A stretch of DNA of 46,813 nt from a virus (IMGVR_UViG_3300044711_000058:1-46813), one strand, 5' to 3'. Shown: positions 17,348-27,761, counted from the stretch's first letter. The notes: generated by a model not told the origin, from the letters alone. Translations and numbers: made by a program.

Positions 17348-17884
17348 ATGGGACGCAAGAAAGCAACATCAACCTCCGCAGCAACAGCAACGGCGGCGCC
17401 GAACTACGGCGACTGCTCGCTTGGTCTCCCGCCCGACTGGAGCCGGGGAAGTCTCGCATCCGGACAAGACTTCATGCGGACCACGATCGGCCACGAGAAC
17501 GGCGTAGCGGATCTCTATCTCAAAGACGATCCCGGCGCCGCGCATCAATTCGCATGGTGTGACCCGAAGGATACGGACCGCCGCGACTACCTTCGCTCGG
17601 AAAAGTTCGTCTGGGTCAAAGGCCACGACGACGAAGGCCCATGGATCAAGAATCCCGATCTGTGGGAATGGGACTCCGAAGGCTACGTCTGGCACAAGGG
17701 CCAGCGCGCCATGGCGAGACCGAAAGAACTCTGGCTGGCCGCTGAAGCCGCCAAGCGTCAGATGGAGCAGAAGAAGCGCCAGCGGCTCGACGAATTCGAC
17801 GCGGCCGCGATCAAGCTGCTGCGCGAGAACGCGCTCGACGAAAACGGACGGCCGCTCAAAAAGGTAGCAGGGGCGAGGGGGTAA
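17348..17884 (+). CDS. Hypothetical head-module protein
   Basis: AAGGGG RBS; conserved position before capsid genes. Confidence 0.7.
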   Translation: MGRKKATSTSAATATAAPNYGDCSLGLPPDWSRGSLASGQDFMRTTIGHENGVADLYLKDDPGAAHQFAWCDPKDTDRRDYLRSEKFVWVKGHDDEGPWIKNPDLWEWDSEGYVWHKGQRAMARPKELWLAAEAAKRQMEQKKRQRLDEFDAAAIKLLRENALDENGRPLKKVAGARG

Positions 17885-17887
17885 GCG

Positions 17888-18598
17888 ATGACGGCTCAGG
17901 TCGAAGCAACTCTACCAACGACATTCGGCAAGGAAGGTTTCGGTACCACGCACGCCGCAGTCGATACGATCGATGAATTCAGTCCGGGCGTGGGCGTCAC
18001 CGCTGACGGCGTGCTGCTCAAAGACGGCGGCGCAACGCTCACCGGTGCGCTCGTCGGAACGACCGGCACATTCTCCGGCGCCGTGGCCGCCACCGGTGGC
18101 GTTTCGCCAGCTGGCGGGTTCACGCTCGCGCCGCGCGGCGTTCACTCCGGCGGCATCACCGCTACTCAGGTATCGGACGGCAACGACACCACGCCCTCCG
18201 TAACCGAGACTTACATTTGCGAGGTCATCATCCCCGCGAATATGACGATCACCGGAATCGCATTCTTCAACGGTTCCGCTGTAGGCACAGACAAGCTCGT
18301 GGGTATCCTCTTCAACTCCGCCGGAGTTGTCGTAGCGAACACCGCCCTTGCTGGCACTACGGCGACCGGCACGGATGCGTTTCAGCTGATCCCGCTCACC
18401 GCGACGTACGCGGCGAAGGGTCCGGCAACGTACTACATCGGCCTTCAGGTCAACGGCACGACATACCGATTCAATTCGCACATCCTCGGTGTGTTCGGCG
18501 CGTCGAAGAAGACCGGCGAGACGTTCGGGACTCCCACCACGATTACGGCGCCTACCACATTCACCACTGCGTTGGGGCCGATCGCAAGCCTGTACTAA
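17888..18598 (+). CDS. Putative head fibre/decoration protein
   Basis: G/T/A-rich beta protein in head module. Confidence 0.55.
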   Translation: MTAQVEATLPTTFGKEGFGTTHAAVDTIDEFSPGVGVTADGVLLKDGGATLTGALVGTTGTFSGAVAATGGVSPAGGFTLAPRGVHSGGITATQVSDGNDTTPSVTETYICEVIIPANMTITGIAFFNGSAVGTDKLVGILFNSAGVVVANTALAGTTATGTDAFQLIPLTATYAAKGPATYYIGLQVNGTTYRFNSHILGVFGASKKTGETFGTPTTITAPTTFTTALGPIASLY

Positions 18599-18622
18599 AC
18601 GGGAAAGCGAGGGGAGGGAAAC

Positions 18623-19108
18623 ATGGCCACCACTGGAAAGACTTCAACGATCCCGCGACCCGGCAAGCGGAAGACTGGCGCTATCGTCAACACGCTGCCG
18701 GAAGTCTCGGCCGCCACATGGCCCATCGGCGCCTTTCTGATTCGTACTGCCGGTTCGGTCCGCATGGGCGTCACCGGCACCGTTCAGAGCACGGGCCTCG
18801 TCGGCATGGCCTGCAACACGGGCCAGAGCTTGACCACGAACGGGATCGCGAAAGCCGCGTTCTACGCGTTCGAACAGGGCAAGCCGATCAAGATCACGTT
18901 GCCGGGCACATGGACCGGAAGCGCGCACCGCGGCGTCACCGCGGGAATCACGATGAACACGGCCGGTGTCGTCGTTCTCCAGACGACGGCGGGCGGCTGC
19001 TTCACCATCGACAAAGAGGTGGAATGGGACACGGGCGTTGCCGTCGCTGACGGCGATGTCAACGTGGTCGTCTACGCCATCCCGCTCGATGCGGCAATCG
19101 CGGTGTAA
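18623..19108 (+). CDS. Putative capsid cement/decoration protein
   Basis: 161 aa, beta-rich, immediately upstream of major capsid, strong RBS. Confidence 0.6.
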   Translation: MATTGKTSTIPRPGKRKTGAIVNTLPEVSAATWPIGAFLIRTAGSVRMGVTGTVQSTGLVGMACNTGQSLTTNGIAKAAFYAFEQGKPIKITLPGTWTGSAHRGVTAGITMNTAGVVVLQTTAGGCFTIDKEVEWDTGVAVADGDVNVVVYAIPLDAAIAV

Positions 19109-19120
19109 GGGGAGGGCGAG

Positions 19121-20065
19121 ATGACTTACTGGAGCAAAGCTGAATTCATTCCGATCATCCGCGATCTGATCGATGAGGCGTGGGAAGCCGAGACGCCAGA
19201 TCAGGAAGCGTGCTACCCGAAGTACATGAACGTGGGCAACTTCAATCGCGGCGAGTTCGTTGACATTCAGGTCAGCGGCCTCGGCATGCCGTTGGAGCGC
19301 GCCACGCTGGAAGACATCGACTACGACACCTACGACATCGGTCCCGAGCTGCGCGTGCTCCCGATCAACTACGGCCGTGGGTTCCGCATGGCACAGGAAG
19401 ACCTCGATGACATCGCGGACTCCGGGCCGTGGGATGGTGTCGCCGCCGCCAAGATGGGCAGCTATCAGGACGTCATGAGACGCTGGAAGCGGTCCGCAAC
19501 GGTGCGCGTCGAAACGGCGTGCGCCAACAAGATTCTCAACGGTACGACCGCCGGCGCCTACGCTGGCCGCGACGGTCTGGCCTTGCTGACCACGCACACG
19601 ACGCTGAAGAACCCGCCGCAGTCACAGGGCAACGTCACCACCGGTACGTCCGTATCGCAGCAGGCGATCTACAACGCCATCACCGCTCTCGATACGCAGC
19701 TGGACGATCGCGGCGACTTCATCGAAAACACGGGCGGCTACATCCTTCTCTACGCGCCAACCAACTGGGCGCGCGTCGGAGAGGTGCTGAAGACCGATCG
19801 TCAGGTCGATACCCACAACTGGAACACCAACCTGCTGAAAGATCAGGACATCACGCCGGTCTCGTGCAAGTACCTCGGCGCGTCGTACACCGGATGGTGG
19901 CTGATCGCGAAGAACCGCAACCCGCTGCACTGGCGGTGGCGCCAGAAGCCGAAGTACGACCAGAACGAAGACTTCGATGCGAACGCCGTGAAGTACAAGA
20001 TGACCATGCGCGGCGTGACGTATCACCGTGACTGGCGCGGCATCGCAGGATACCCGACGACGTAA
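19121..20065 (+). CDS. Major capsid protein (HK97 fold, Mu gpT-like)
   Basis: 314 aa; SGLG...E, YGRGFRMAQEDLDD, GRDGLAL...H, DWRGIAGYP; followed by terminator. Confidence 0.88.
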   Translation: MTYWSKAEFIPIIRDLIDEAWEAETPDQEACYPKYMNVGNFNRGEFVDIQVSGLGMPLERATLEDIDYDTYDIGPELRVLPINYGRGFRMAQEDLDDIADSGPWDGVAAAKMGSYQDVMRRWKRSATVRVETACANKILNGTTAGAYAGRDGLALLTTHTTLKNPPQSQGNVTTGTSVSQQAIYNAITALDTQLDDRGDFIENTGGYILLYAPTNWARVGEVLKTDRQVDTHNWNTNLLKDQDITPVSCKYLGASYTGWWLIAKNRNPLHWRWRQKPKYDQNEDFDANAVKYKMTMRGVTYHRDWRGIAGYPTT

Positions 20066-20075
20066 TCTGATCACC

Positions 20076-20101
20076 GGGGGCGGGCAACCGCCCCCTTTCT
20101 T
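20076..20101 (+). terminator. Intrinsic terminator after major capsid gene
   Basis: GGGGGCGG-GCAA-CCGCCCCC-TTTCTT. Confidence 0.85.
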
Positions 20102-20106
20102 AGCCA

Positions 20107-20709
20107 ATGACTCACCTCCTGCTGAAACGCGCCTCGGAACCTGAACTCTACGACGCTAGAGCCCAGCGCTACCGTATCCTCAAAACGGGGCGCGGTAAGC
20201 GTTGTGGTACATGCACGTTTGAGGTGCCGGAAGAGGACATCGTTATCGAGGACGGACAAGAACGCTGCCCGATGTGCAGGGACACGCTGACGGCAGCATG
20301 GAAGGCCGCAGAAGAGCAGAGCGTTGCCGCCGTCAAGGCCGCCGCCTATCGTGCGCTCTTCCAGCCGCCCAAGTTCTCTGTTCGGCCGTTACAGGAAACG
20401 ATCCCCGCTGCCGTGACAGCGATCCGCGATGTAAACGGGCGAGACGTCCATAGTAGCGCGCCACTCTCGTTACGTATCAATGACTTCACGCCGACCGTTC
20501 CACAGCCGCCGACGCTTACATTGGTCGGTCAGCGGTTCACGGCCGCCGACACCGTCACCTTACCGGCTGGCTTCGTGAACGTGGATGTGGACATAGTGAG
20601 CACCAGAATCAATTTAGTGTTTTACCCTGGCGCGTTCGTCGCTTCTGGCCGTTACGCGATCCTATTCAACGGCCATTCATTTGGCAATATCATCATCGCC
20701 GTGCCGTGA
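20107..20709 (+). CDS. Zinc-finger plus Ig-like domain protein
   Basis: CGTC...CPMC then beta-rich TLTLVGQRFT segment. Confidence 0.6.
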   Translation: MTHLLLKRASEPELYDARAQRYRILKTGRGKRCGTCTFEVPEEDIVIEDGQERCPMCRDTLTAAWKAAEEQSVAAVKAAAYRALFQPPKFSVRPLQETIPAAVTAIRDVNGRDVHSSAPLSLRINDFTPTVPQPPTLTLVGQRFTAADTVTLPAGFVNVDVDIVSTRINLVFYPGAFVASGRYAILFNGHSFGNIIIAVP

Positions 20710-20724
20710 CGCCAAGGAGTTCCG

Positions 20725-20883
20725 ATGTCTAGACTGTGGAAATTGAATTACGAAGGGGCCGACTTGGATGAGTTCGCCCCGCAAGATGTCGATTCAGTGC
20801 AGGGTCGCGCATACATCCATGAAGAGGTGGATGCCGTGCTCGACGCACCCGGAACCAAGATCACCATCGAGCCGGTGCCGTAA
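20725..20883 (+). CDS. Hypothetical 52-aa protein (not in ORF track)
   Basis: AAGGAG RBS; fills gap; MSRLWKLNYEGADLDEF. Confidence 0.6.
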   Translation: MSRLWKLNYEGADLDEFAPQDVDSVQGRAYIHEEVDAVLDAPGTKITIEPVP

Positions 20884-20885
20884 CC

Positions 20886-21731
20886 ATGGCGGTGCGTGCA
20901 AGAGTTGTTGCGGGCGGACGCCAAAACGAGGCGGCAACGTCGTTTGCCCTCGAGAACATCGCGACCTACGAGCAGACGAGGGGCTACCGCGAGCTCGGCA
21001 TAATGTGGATCATGCCGTCGCGTGGCACGCTGCCGACAAGCGTCATGGTGTCGCTGTTCGCGTTGCAGTGGCCCATGAATCAGTTCCATACGACCCCCCT
21101 CATCGCCGAGTCGATGGAGGTCGGAGCGGCCTATGCGGCCCTTGTTCAGATGGCGCTTGATCGCAAACAGCTCGTCTCCATATTCGGCAAGGAACACGGC
21201 GAGGCCGCATACAAAGCGCCGTTTATCCTCACCACGGAAGAGGACAATCTTCCGCCGTGGGATGCGGTGCTTCGGTTGTGCTCCGATATCTACAAGTGTC
21301 CGGACTGCGGCGCCGAAGTGGGGACCACTGAAGAGGCGTTAGCTCGATGGGAGTGCGCGAAGGGGCATCGAGGCTTTGACGCCGTGTCTGGGCTTTACTT
21401 CGTGAAGACTGATCCTCCGATTCCACAAGCGTGGGGACGGCCGAAGAAGGGTAAGGACTTCGACTTCAAGCCGGTGTCCGTGGCGCAGGCTATCAAGCGA
21501 GAGAAGGTCATCGAAGTCAACGGCATCGGAATGGGCTGCGCCTTGTGGCGCAAGGATCTATTTCGGCGCGTCTCGAACACTCCAGAGAATCCATGGTTTG
21601 AAACCCCCGTAGGCGGGACACAGGATCTGCGCTTCTGCAAACGCGCCAAGCTGGAAACGAAGGCTCGCTTTGGCGTCGATTGCGGACTCCACGTCGGGCA
21701 TATCAATACTTCCACCAGTCAGGTATTCTAG
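20886..21731 (+). CDS. GT-A fold (GT2-like) glycosyltransferase
   Basis: ILTTEEDN (DxD position), VSGLYFVK, GIGMGCALWRKDLF, PWF, QDLRFC, VDCGLHVGH. Confidence 0.75.
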   Translation: MAVRARVVAGGRQNEAATSFALENIATYEQTRGYRELGIMWIMPSRGTLPTSVMVSLFALQWPMNQFHTTPLIAESMEVGAAYAALVQMALDRKQLVSIFGKEHGEAAYKAPFILTTEEDNLPPWDAVLRLCSDIYKCPDCGAEVGTTEEALARWECAKGHRGFDAVSGLYFVKTDPPIPQAWGRPKKGKDFDFKPVSVAQAIKREKVIEVNGIGMGCALWRKDLFRRVSNTPENPWFETPVGGTQDLRFCKRAKLETKARFGVDCGLHVGHINTSTSQVF

Positions 21732-21747
21732 GGAGGACTAGCGAGCC

Positions 21748-22125
21748 ATGGGTACAGCCTTTAATCTCAACCTCTCCGCTGACTGGGGAATGTTCGTAAA
21801 CTCGGGGCTCGGTTCGTCTGACCTTCTCCAGAATCTCCGCGCCGACAAGGACTACTTCCGCTATCTGCCGACGACGGTCAAACGACTGACTGGCTCGCCA
21901 GCGGGTGGCGTCGTCCTCCCCACGGAGGCGCGTCACGCCATCCTGATTGTCGCGAATTTCCCGGTTCGGATGAGGATCGGCGTCACCGACGCCACGGCCG
22001 CAGAAGGGTTTCTTGTGCCAGCTGGCTTCTATCTTTTCGAGGATCAACGTGCCTTCCTAGAAAGCGTTAGCTTCATCGACACTACTGCGGGGGCCTCCGA
22101 AGTATCTGGAATGTACGGATGGTGA
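21748..22125 (+). CDS. Putative structural protein
   Basis: GGAGG RBS; beta-rich, virion module. Confidence 0.6.
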   Translation: MGTAFNLNLSADWGMFVNSGLGSSDLLQNLRADKDYFRYLPTTVKRLTGSPAGGVVLPTEARHAILIVANFPVRMRIGVTDATAAEGFLVPAGFYLFEDQRAFLESVSFIDTTAGASEVSGMYGW

Positions 22126-22129
22126 TCTG

Positions 22130-22756
22130 ATGCCAGGAATTAGTGGACAACCAACACCAACTGGGAGCGGCGGCGGCATCACCGCCCTGACTGGCGACGT
22201 CACCGCGTCAGGCTCAGGATCGCAAGCTGCAACAATCCCGACGTCTGTCATTTCGACGTTCATGCGAACGGTCGCCGACGATGCCGACGCCGCTACCGCC
22301 AGAACGACGCTCGGTGCCATCGGCGGATCAGTTGGCGCGACCTCGACGGCGATTCCGGTGGCGAGCGGCACAGGTGGTGCAACCCTCGCGGCTTCAACGG
22401 TCCTCATTTTCAACAATAACCAGATGAGCGGCCAGTTGCTACGCCCGCGTACGACGGGGACAACGCTGGCAACGACGGACTCCGGGCGTCTAATGACGAT
22501 CCCGAGTGGCGGCGGAGCGGACGCCTATACCCTGCCGGCCTCGCCAACAGCCGGAACCGTTTTCGAGTTTGCCGTCATCGGGTCAGACCAACTCACAATT
22601 CAAGCGCAGGGCTCTCAGGTCATCTACATCGGAGGCTCAGCGTCAACCGCTGGCGGCTCGGCAGCTAGCTCGACGCAGGGAAGTTATCTGCGCATCGTGT
22701 ATGTCGCAACAAATCAATGGCACTGCCTCGCGGCAGGCACTTGGACGCTCGCATGA
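22130..22756 (+). CDS. Tail fibre-like protein
   Basis: ITALTGDVTASG and ADDADAATARTTLG fibre motifs; TLPASP...W C-terminal module. Confidence 0.7.
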   Translation: MPGISGQPTPTGSGGGITALTGDVTASGSGSQAATIPTSVISTFMRTVADDADAATARTTLGAIGGSVGATSTAIPVASGTGGATLAASTVLIFNNNQMSGQLLRPRTTGTTLATTDSGRLMTIPSGGGADAYTLPASPTAGTVFEFAVIGSDQLTIQAQGSQVIYIGGSASTAGGSAASSTQGSYLRIVYVATNQWHCLAAGTWTLA

Positions 22757-23130
22757 TTGTAAGCTGCGAAGATCAGACGTTCCTGGGAAAGTTCTCATCT
22801 GTGGACATGAACGCAACCGGCGATCAACCGATCATCCTCCGAACCGGAACGGCCGGATATCTGATTGAGAAGATCATCGTAACCAACGCCAGCGCGTCAC
22901 TCTCGCTCGCTGCTGGCGGCGTTTATACGGCGGCATCGAAGGGCGGCACGGCCATCGTGGCGGCCGGCCAGTTGTACTCCGCTCTCACCGGAAGCACGAA
23001 GCTTCTATCATTGACGCTCGCGGCGTTGACGGACGTACTGACGACTTCGCCAATCTATCTATCGCTGACGGTCGCGCAGGGCACCGCAGCAACTGCCGAC
23101 ATCTACATGTTCGGCCGCATCTTAAACTAA
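22753..23130 (+). CDS. Putative structural protein
   Basis: ATGA coupling, beta-rich. Confidence 0.6.
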   Translation: MIVSCEDQTFLGKFSSVDMNATGDQPIILRTGTAGYLIEKIIVTNASASLSLAAGGVYTAASKGGTAIVAAGQLYSALTGSTKLLSLTLAALTDVLTTSPIYLSLTVAQGTAATADIYMFGRILN

Positions 23131-23143
23131 GGGGACTTACCGC

Positions 23144-23566
23144 ATGTGGACCAACGAAACTCCGACGATCTCCACCTATGGCGATGCCGCATTTACCGCC
23201 GACGTAGACCGCTACGCCTATAAGGTGCTCGACACCGATACGCTACTGCTCAGCGTCAATCTCTCTAACGGTGCGGTAGCGGCCGGGACCAACACCGCGC
23301 AGATCACGCGCTTTTCGATCTCCATGCCCAACGGGTATGTCGCGGCATCCGCCCAGCGGTTCGGGGTGATGCTGGCGCTCGGCAACGGACAGGCGTTTGG
23401 CGGTGAGGCGTACTTCCCTTGCGACCACGACACCGGGGAAATCATCGGAGACGTGCTCGTCATCAGCTATGGCGGCGGTATGTATACCGACAACATCGGC
23501 GGGGCGGCCATCGGCAACAACCTGCACGTCAACTTCAACGCCGCGATCGAAGTGACTGCCGCGTGA
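23144..23566 (+). CDS. Putative fibre/receptor-binding domain protein
   Basis: RYAY...LLSVNL...ISMPNG...FNAAIEV resembles fibre tip domains. Confidence 0.5.
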   Translation: MWTNETPTISTYGDAAFTADVDRYAYKVLDTDTLLLSVNLSNGAVAAGTNTAQITRFSISMPNGYVAASAQRFGVMLALGNGQAFGGEAYFPCDHDTGEIIGDVLVISYGGGMYTDNIGGAAIGNNLHVNFNAAIEVTAA

Positions 23567-23599
23567 ACCGAAAGATGTGGAGCTGAGCGAGCCTAACAA

Positions 23600-24343
23600 A
23601 TGGCATGGACCGAGGTTGACTCCGCCGCCACGTCCCCGGTAGAAACGGGGCTGACCGCCACCGTCATGACGGCGGACGTCATCCGTAACTGCAACAACCT
23701 CCCGCCCCAGCACCCGCACTACTCCTCGATCCTGAAGTACATCAACGAGGCCAAGGACGAGTTCATGACCCTGATGGTGACGAGCCATCGGGGCCTGCTC
23801 TCGCTCATGCCACGTCTTCAGAACTGGCGCTGGTATGACGTCACGGTTGACGGTCAGGGCTACTTGGTTCTCCCGCGCATGATGCTCACCCTCGAATCGG
23901 TGAGCTATACCAAGCTCACGACAGCCTACGTGCCGGGCAGCACGACGGAATACCCGACAACTCTCGTCTCTGATCCGGCGCTCTTTGGACAATTCCCCAA
24001 GCCGGTTACCGGCTGGCCCGTTCAATACCGGCGCAACGGCTCACGCATTGACCTCTGGCCGACGCCGGACGCATCACCGGTCAACTACCTGACGCAGGTT
24101 GTGCTTCGTGGCACACGTCGGGAGGACGACATCGCCACGATCGCGACCTACAAGATGGATGAGAAGCTGCATCCGATGGTCGTCGAGCTCGCAACGGCGA
24201 TCGCCATGGAAAAGATGGGGTGGGACGAGGCGCCAGCACGCCGCGCGAGCATTGAAAAGCGGCTGTCTCGATACATGAACGTCTCGGCCGCCGAGAATCA
24301 ACGCGCTTCGATGCCCACAGCGATTGCAGGGTTACCGCGATGA
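23600..24343 (+). CDS. Head-to-tail adaptor
   Basis: ILKYINEA, GWPVQY...IDLWPTPD, LHPMVVELA motifs. Confidence 0.75.
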   Translation: MAWTEVDSAATSPVETGLTATVMTADVIRNCNNLPPQHPHYSSILKYINEAKDEFMTLMVTSHRGLLSLMPRLQNWRWYDVTVDGQGYLVLPRMMLTLESVSYTKLTTAYVPGSTTEYPTTLVSDPALFGQFPKPVTGWPVQYRRNGSRIDLWPTPDASPVNYLTQVVLRGTRREDDIATIATYKMDEKLHPMVVELATAIAMEKMGWDEAPARRASIEKRLSRYMNVSAAENQRASMPTAIAGLPR

Positions 24344-24654
24344 GCAAGCCAGAAGCGATCATCGGCGCGCCATCGGTCGATCAGATCAACGCCGCGATCG
24401 AAGGCAACATGAAGCGGCTCATCGTATGGAGCGACGTCGAGACGGTCACCGTGGACGTGACGATGATCGCCAACGATGCGCCCGTGATCGTCGCGCACAA
24501 TCTCGGTGACGTCCCGACCGACATAAGCGTTACGCCGTGGCAGTTCGCCACGTGGTGCGTCACGGTGGCGGATCGCAGGCACTGGAACAGGCACACGATC
24601 CTTTTCCATGCATCGGCCGAGGGCCGCTACGACGTCAGGGCGGGACTACGATGA
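24340..24654 (+). CDS. Small tail-associated protein
   Basis: VAHNLGDVP motif; coupled both sides. Confidence 0.6.
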   Translation: MSKPEAIIGAPSVDQINAAIEGNMKRLIVWSDVETVTVDVTMIANDAPVIVAHNLGDVPTDISVTPWQFATWCVTVADRRHWNRHTILFHASAEGRYDVRAGLR

Positions 24655-26894
24655 CGCAGACCGGGCCACGCACGGCAGTAACGCCGATGCTCTTCAGTAA
24701 AGGCATGTGGAGTTCTGGCGATCCATCAGAGATGCCGGATGGGTACTGCCGCTCACTGCGGAATTACATGCTCCGCCCGCTTCGCGCAGATGGCCGTCCG
24801 CCGTTCGTCTACGACGGGCTTATGGCGACGGCTAACTTCCTGCGCTGGGAAGACAACACGAATCAGGTGACGCGGACGCTGGCGATCGATGCCTCACAGA
24901 ATCTGCTGACAAAGGCGCTCAGCGGCGTGGCTTACGGCGCTGATATCATCACGGGTAGCCCGACCGGGCGGCTTACCGACTTCGCGAATTTCATGAACAA
25001 GGCTTACATGATGTTCGATGACGGCTCGGGGACGCCAGCCAGCGCGGCGGTTTACGACGGCAATACCGTTTCTACCGCGCCGTTCAATACTACACTCTAC
25101 GCCAGAACCGTTACGCCGTTCATCGAGCGGATATTCTTAGCGTTTCCACGGGTGCCAGTTACCAATCAGCTCGGGACTACGAAAGCCTATGTAGCCTCGG
25201 GCGGCGCGTGGTCACTCGCGAACGTCGAAACTGATAACGTCGTCACCGGCTCGGCATCGACCGCCCGCCTTACGCCGACCGACACAACGACGGCCTATGC
25301 CTACACACAGGCAGAATCCGTCGTGGCGCTGGCAGCGGCAGCTAAGCGTGTTTACCGTTCTGACCTACAGGCGGTGTCCGCAACGTACGACATGCCGCTT
25401 ACGCTGAAGGTGCGACTGTCGGCGCCATGGTCCGTGGCTGACGGCGTGTCGGCGGCCTCGCTGCGCACACCGTCAGCGTCGAATGGCTTTATCTATCGAG
25501 CCGATGGAGCGGGGACCACCGGCGCCGTGGAGCCGGTCTGGCCGACGACGCTACGTGCTACGGTTGTTGACAACGGCATCACATGGCGCTGCTACGCGTC
25601 GGATGCGCTCGGCGTATCTGAGACGTTCGTGCTTAACACCACCCGCATCGCCGGCTGGCAGCCGACCGAGGTGGCGGCTGATCTGCCTCCGACGCCCGAT
25701 GATTACGTTGTACACGCAATGATTATCTTCGGAAACTCGGCACTCCGCACGTATGAGCTAGCCCCTATTAACTTCGGCTACAAGGACGGACTGGCCGACT
25801 CGAACCCGGCAAAACAGAATTACGGCCAGCAATACACGGTTGGGGATTTCTCGTTTCCTTTCTTCAATGCTGAGTCGTCGTCATCGCGAACGATAAACCT
25901 AGAGGCGATCATCTGGTCCGAGATTCAGGAGCCTCGTCGCATCCTCGGCCGCAATGCGTTTACGCTGCCAGAAGTTCCCGGCCTACCCACCGCTGCTTGC
26001 GTCATGGCAGGGCGCTACCTGGTGTTTAAGCGCCGCGGCTTCTGGGTATTCAAACGGCAGACCGACAAGAACAACCCGATTTTGCCGGAGAAGCCTGCGA
26101 ATACAGAGGTTGGCTGCATCGGTCCACGCGCATGGGACATCTTCAACGACCAAGCGTTTTGGATTGGCGAGAATGGGATTTACGCCATGGGCTCCGACTG
26201 GCAACCGGAGGAGATCGGCGGCCCTGCGATGCGCGAGGAGATCATGGCTCGCGGCTCGAACTGGGTAGAGAATCAGGCCACGTACAACGTGCCATTCCTC
26301 GTCGTCGAGCATGCCAACAAGGAAGTTTGGGTCTACACGCAGAAGGGCAAGATTTACGTCTACCACATCCCGACGCAGGCGTGGACGACGCTCGACGTGT
26401 CGGGCTCGCCGCCGGTGCGCTCGATGTTCTACGATTATACGGGTGGCCGAATGCTGGTAGCGTTCGGCGGGTTCGGCGCAACTCGCTTCGATGAGACATC
26501 CACGGCAAAGGATACGACCGACAACACCAACACGCCGCTCTCGATCACGAACGACGTCATTTTCAAGCCGCTGGAACTGTTCGCGCCTCGCTACGAGGCG
26601 GCCTTGGAAGAGGTGGGCATCTTCCATAACGCGACCGCATCACAGACTGGCCAGACGCTGGCCGTGGCCTACTCGCTTGATCGCGGCTCGTCGTACACGA
26701 CGCCAACAGGGTACCCCGCAACGGTCAGCCTCGCATCCAATCGCGTTCCGTTGCCGGCTAGCACGGTCGGACCGTCGATCATGATTAAGGTCACGAGGGT
26801 GGGAAGTGGCGGCGCCGCGAACTGGTCAATTTCGAAAGCGGATGTTAAGCTACAGGTGAAGCGCGGCGAGATTCCTTGGGCGACGGCGGTGTAA
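24651..26894 (+). CDS. Tail nozzle / stabilisation protein (P22 gp10 / T7 gp12-like) with inserted domain
   Basis: IIWSEIQEP, YLVFKRRG, EVGCIGPRA, FWIGENGIY beta-propeller motifs. Confidence 0.8.
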   Translation: MTQTGPRTAVTPMLFSKGMWSSGDPSEMPDGYCRSLRNYMLRPLRADGRPPFVYDGLMATANFLRWEDNTNQVTRTLAIDASQNLLTKALSGVAYGADIITGSPTGRLTDFANFMNKAYMMFDDGSGTPASAAVYDGNTVSTAPFNTTLYARTVTPFIERIFLAFPRVPVTNQLGTTKAYVASGGAWSLANVETDNVVTGSASTARLTPTDTTTAYAYTQAESVVALAAAAKRVYRSDLQAVSATYDMPLTLKVRLSAPWSVADGVSAASLRTPSASNGFIYRADGAGTTGAVEPVWPTTLRATVVDNGITWRCYASDALGVSETFVLNTTRIAGWQPTEVAADLPPTPDDYVVHAMIIFGNSALRTYELAPINFGYKDGLADSNPAKQNYGQQYTVGDFSFPFFNAESSSSRTINLEAIIWSEIQEPRRILGRNAFTLPEVPGLPTAACVMAGRYLVFKRRGFWVFKRQTDKNNPILPEKPANTEVGCIGPRAWDIFNDQAFWIGENGIYAMGSDWQPEEIGGPAMREEIMARGSNWVENQATYNVPFLVVEHANKEVWVYTQKGKIYVYHIPTQAWTTLDVSGSPPVRSMFYDYTGGRMLVAFGGFGATRFDETSTAKDTTDNTNTPLSITNDVIFKPLELFAPRYEAALEEVGIFHNATASQTGQTLAVAYSLDRGSSYTTPTGYPATVSLASNRVPLPASTVGPSIMIKVTRVGSGGAANWSISKADVKLQVKRGEIPWATAV

Positions 26895-26910
26895 GGCGCG
26901 GGGTGGCGAT

Positions 26911-27756
26911 ATGGGTAACTCGGACTATGGTACAGACGTCGCGAATCAGTTCGACTGGGACGAAACCAAGAAGCTGGGGGCCGAGCCGTTCAGCTTCGAC
27001 ATGAACGCGACGTACAACCCCGCTACGCATACGTGGGGTAGTACGCATGTAGATAGCGGCGTAGGGCAGGGCGGCGGCCTGCCGTTCACGTGGGGCGGTG
27101 GTAACTCCGGCACGGCAATCGGCGCGGGCGCCCCTGGGACCACGGGCACGCTCGGGACGACAGCCGGAGCAGTGGTGCCGATGACTACCCCGTGGTGGCA
27201 GTCGTCAACCATCCCCGCACTCATCAATGCCGCGATCGCAATCAAGGCTATGCGCGATCAGGGCAAGAAGCCGAACTTCTATACCGCCCCGCAGACGCCG
27301 CAAGACATCTGGAAAGAGGGGAAGACGCGCGACCTCTTCGACTTCTACAGCAAGCTGTATGAGCAGATGATCGCCGGTTCGGGGAATTTGAATCCGAACT
27401 GGCAGATGCCGAATAGCGATATCGGGAACCCGGCCTTCATGGGCGGCGTGAGGGTGCCGACGTTCGACCCATCGAAGCTCGGATCAATCAGCAATCCAGC
27501 CGGCGCGACGACTACACCCACTCCTTCGGGCGGTGATGGCGCACCGGTGAAGAACATGCAGTCCGCTCAAATCGTTGACTGGAACGCCATTAAGCCTTAC
27601 GGCAGTGGAGCCATCACGTTCGCGCAACAAATGCAGGAGGCGGGGCAGGACGGGCCGACGATCGTGGCCACGGTTAAGAAAATCTTTGGCGGTGGACCGC
27701 CAGAGAAGGCGCCCGCCGCGGCTACGAATCCATTTGAAGCAGCAATGTACGGATAA
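26911..27756 (+). CDS. Putative internal virion (ejection) protein
   Basis: G-rich, hydrophobic helix, position after nozzle. Confidence 0.6.
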   Translation: MGNSDYGTDVANQFDWDETKKLGAEPFSFDMNATYNPATHTWGSTHVDSGVGQGGGLPFTWGGGNSGTAIGAGAPGTTGTLGTTAGAVVPMTTPWWQSSTIPALINAAIAIKAMRDQGKKPNFYTAPQTPQDIWKEGKTRDLFDFYSKLYEQMIAGSGNLNPNWQMPNSDIGNPAFMGGVRVPTFDPSKLGSISNPAGATTTPTPSGGDGAPVKNMQSAQIVDWNAIKPYGSGAITFAQQMQEAGQDGPTIVATVKKIFGGGPPEKAPAAATNPFEAAMYG

Positions 27757-27761
27757 AGCGC

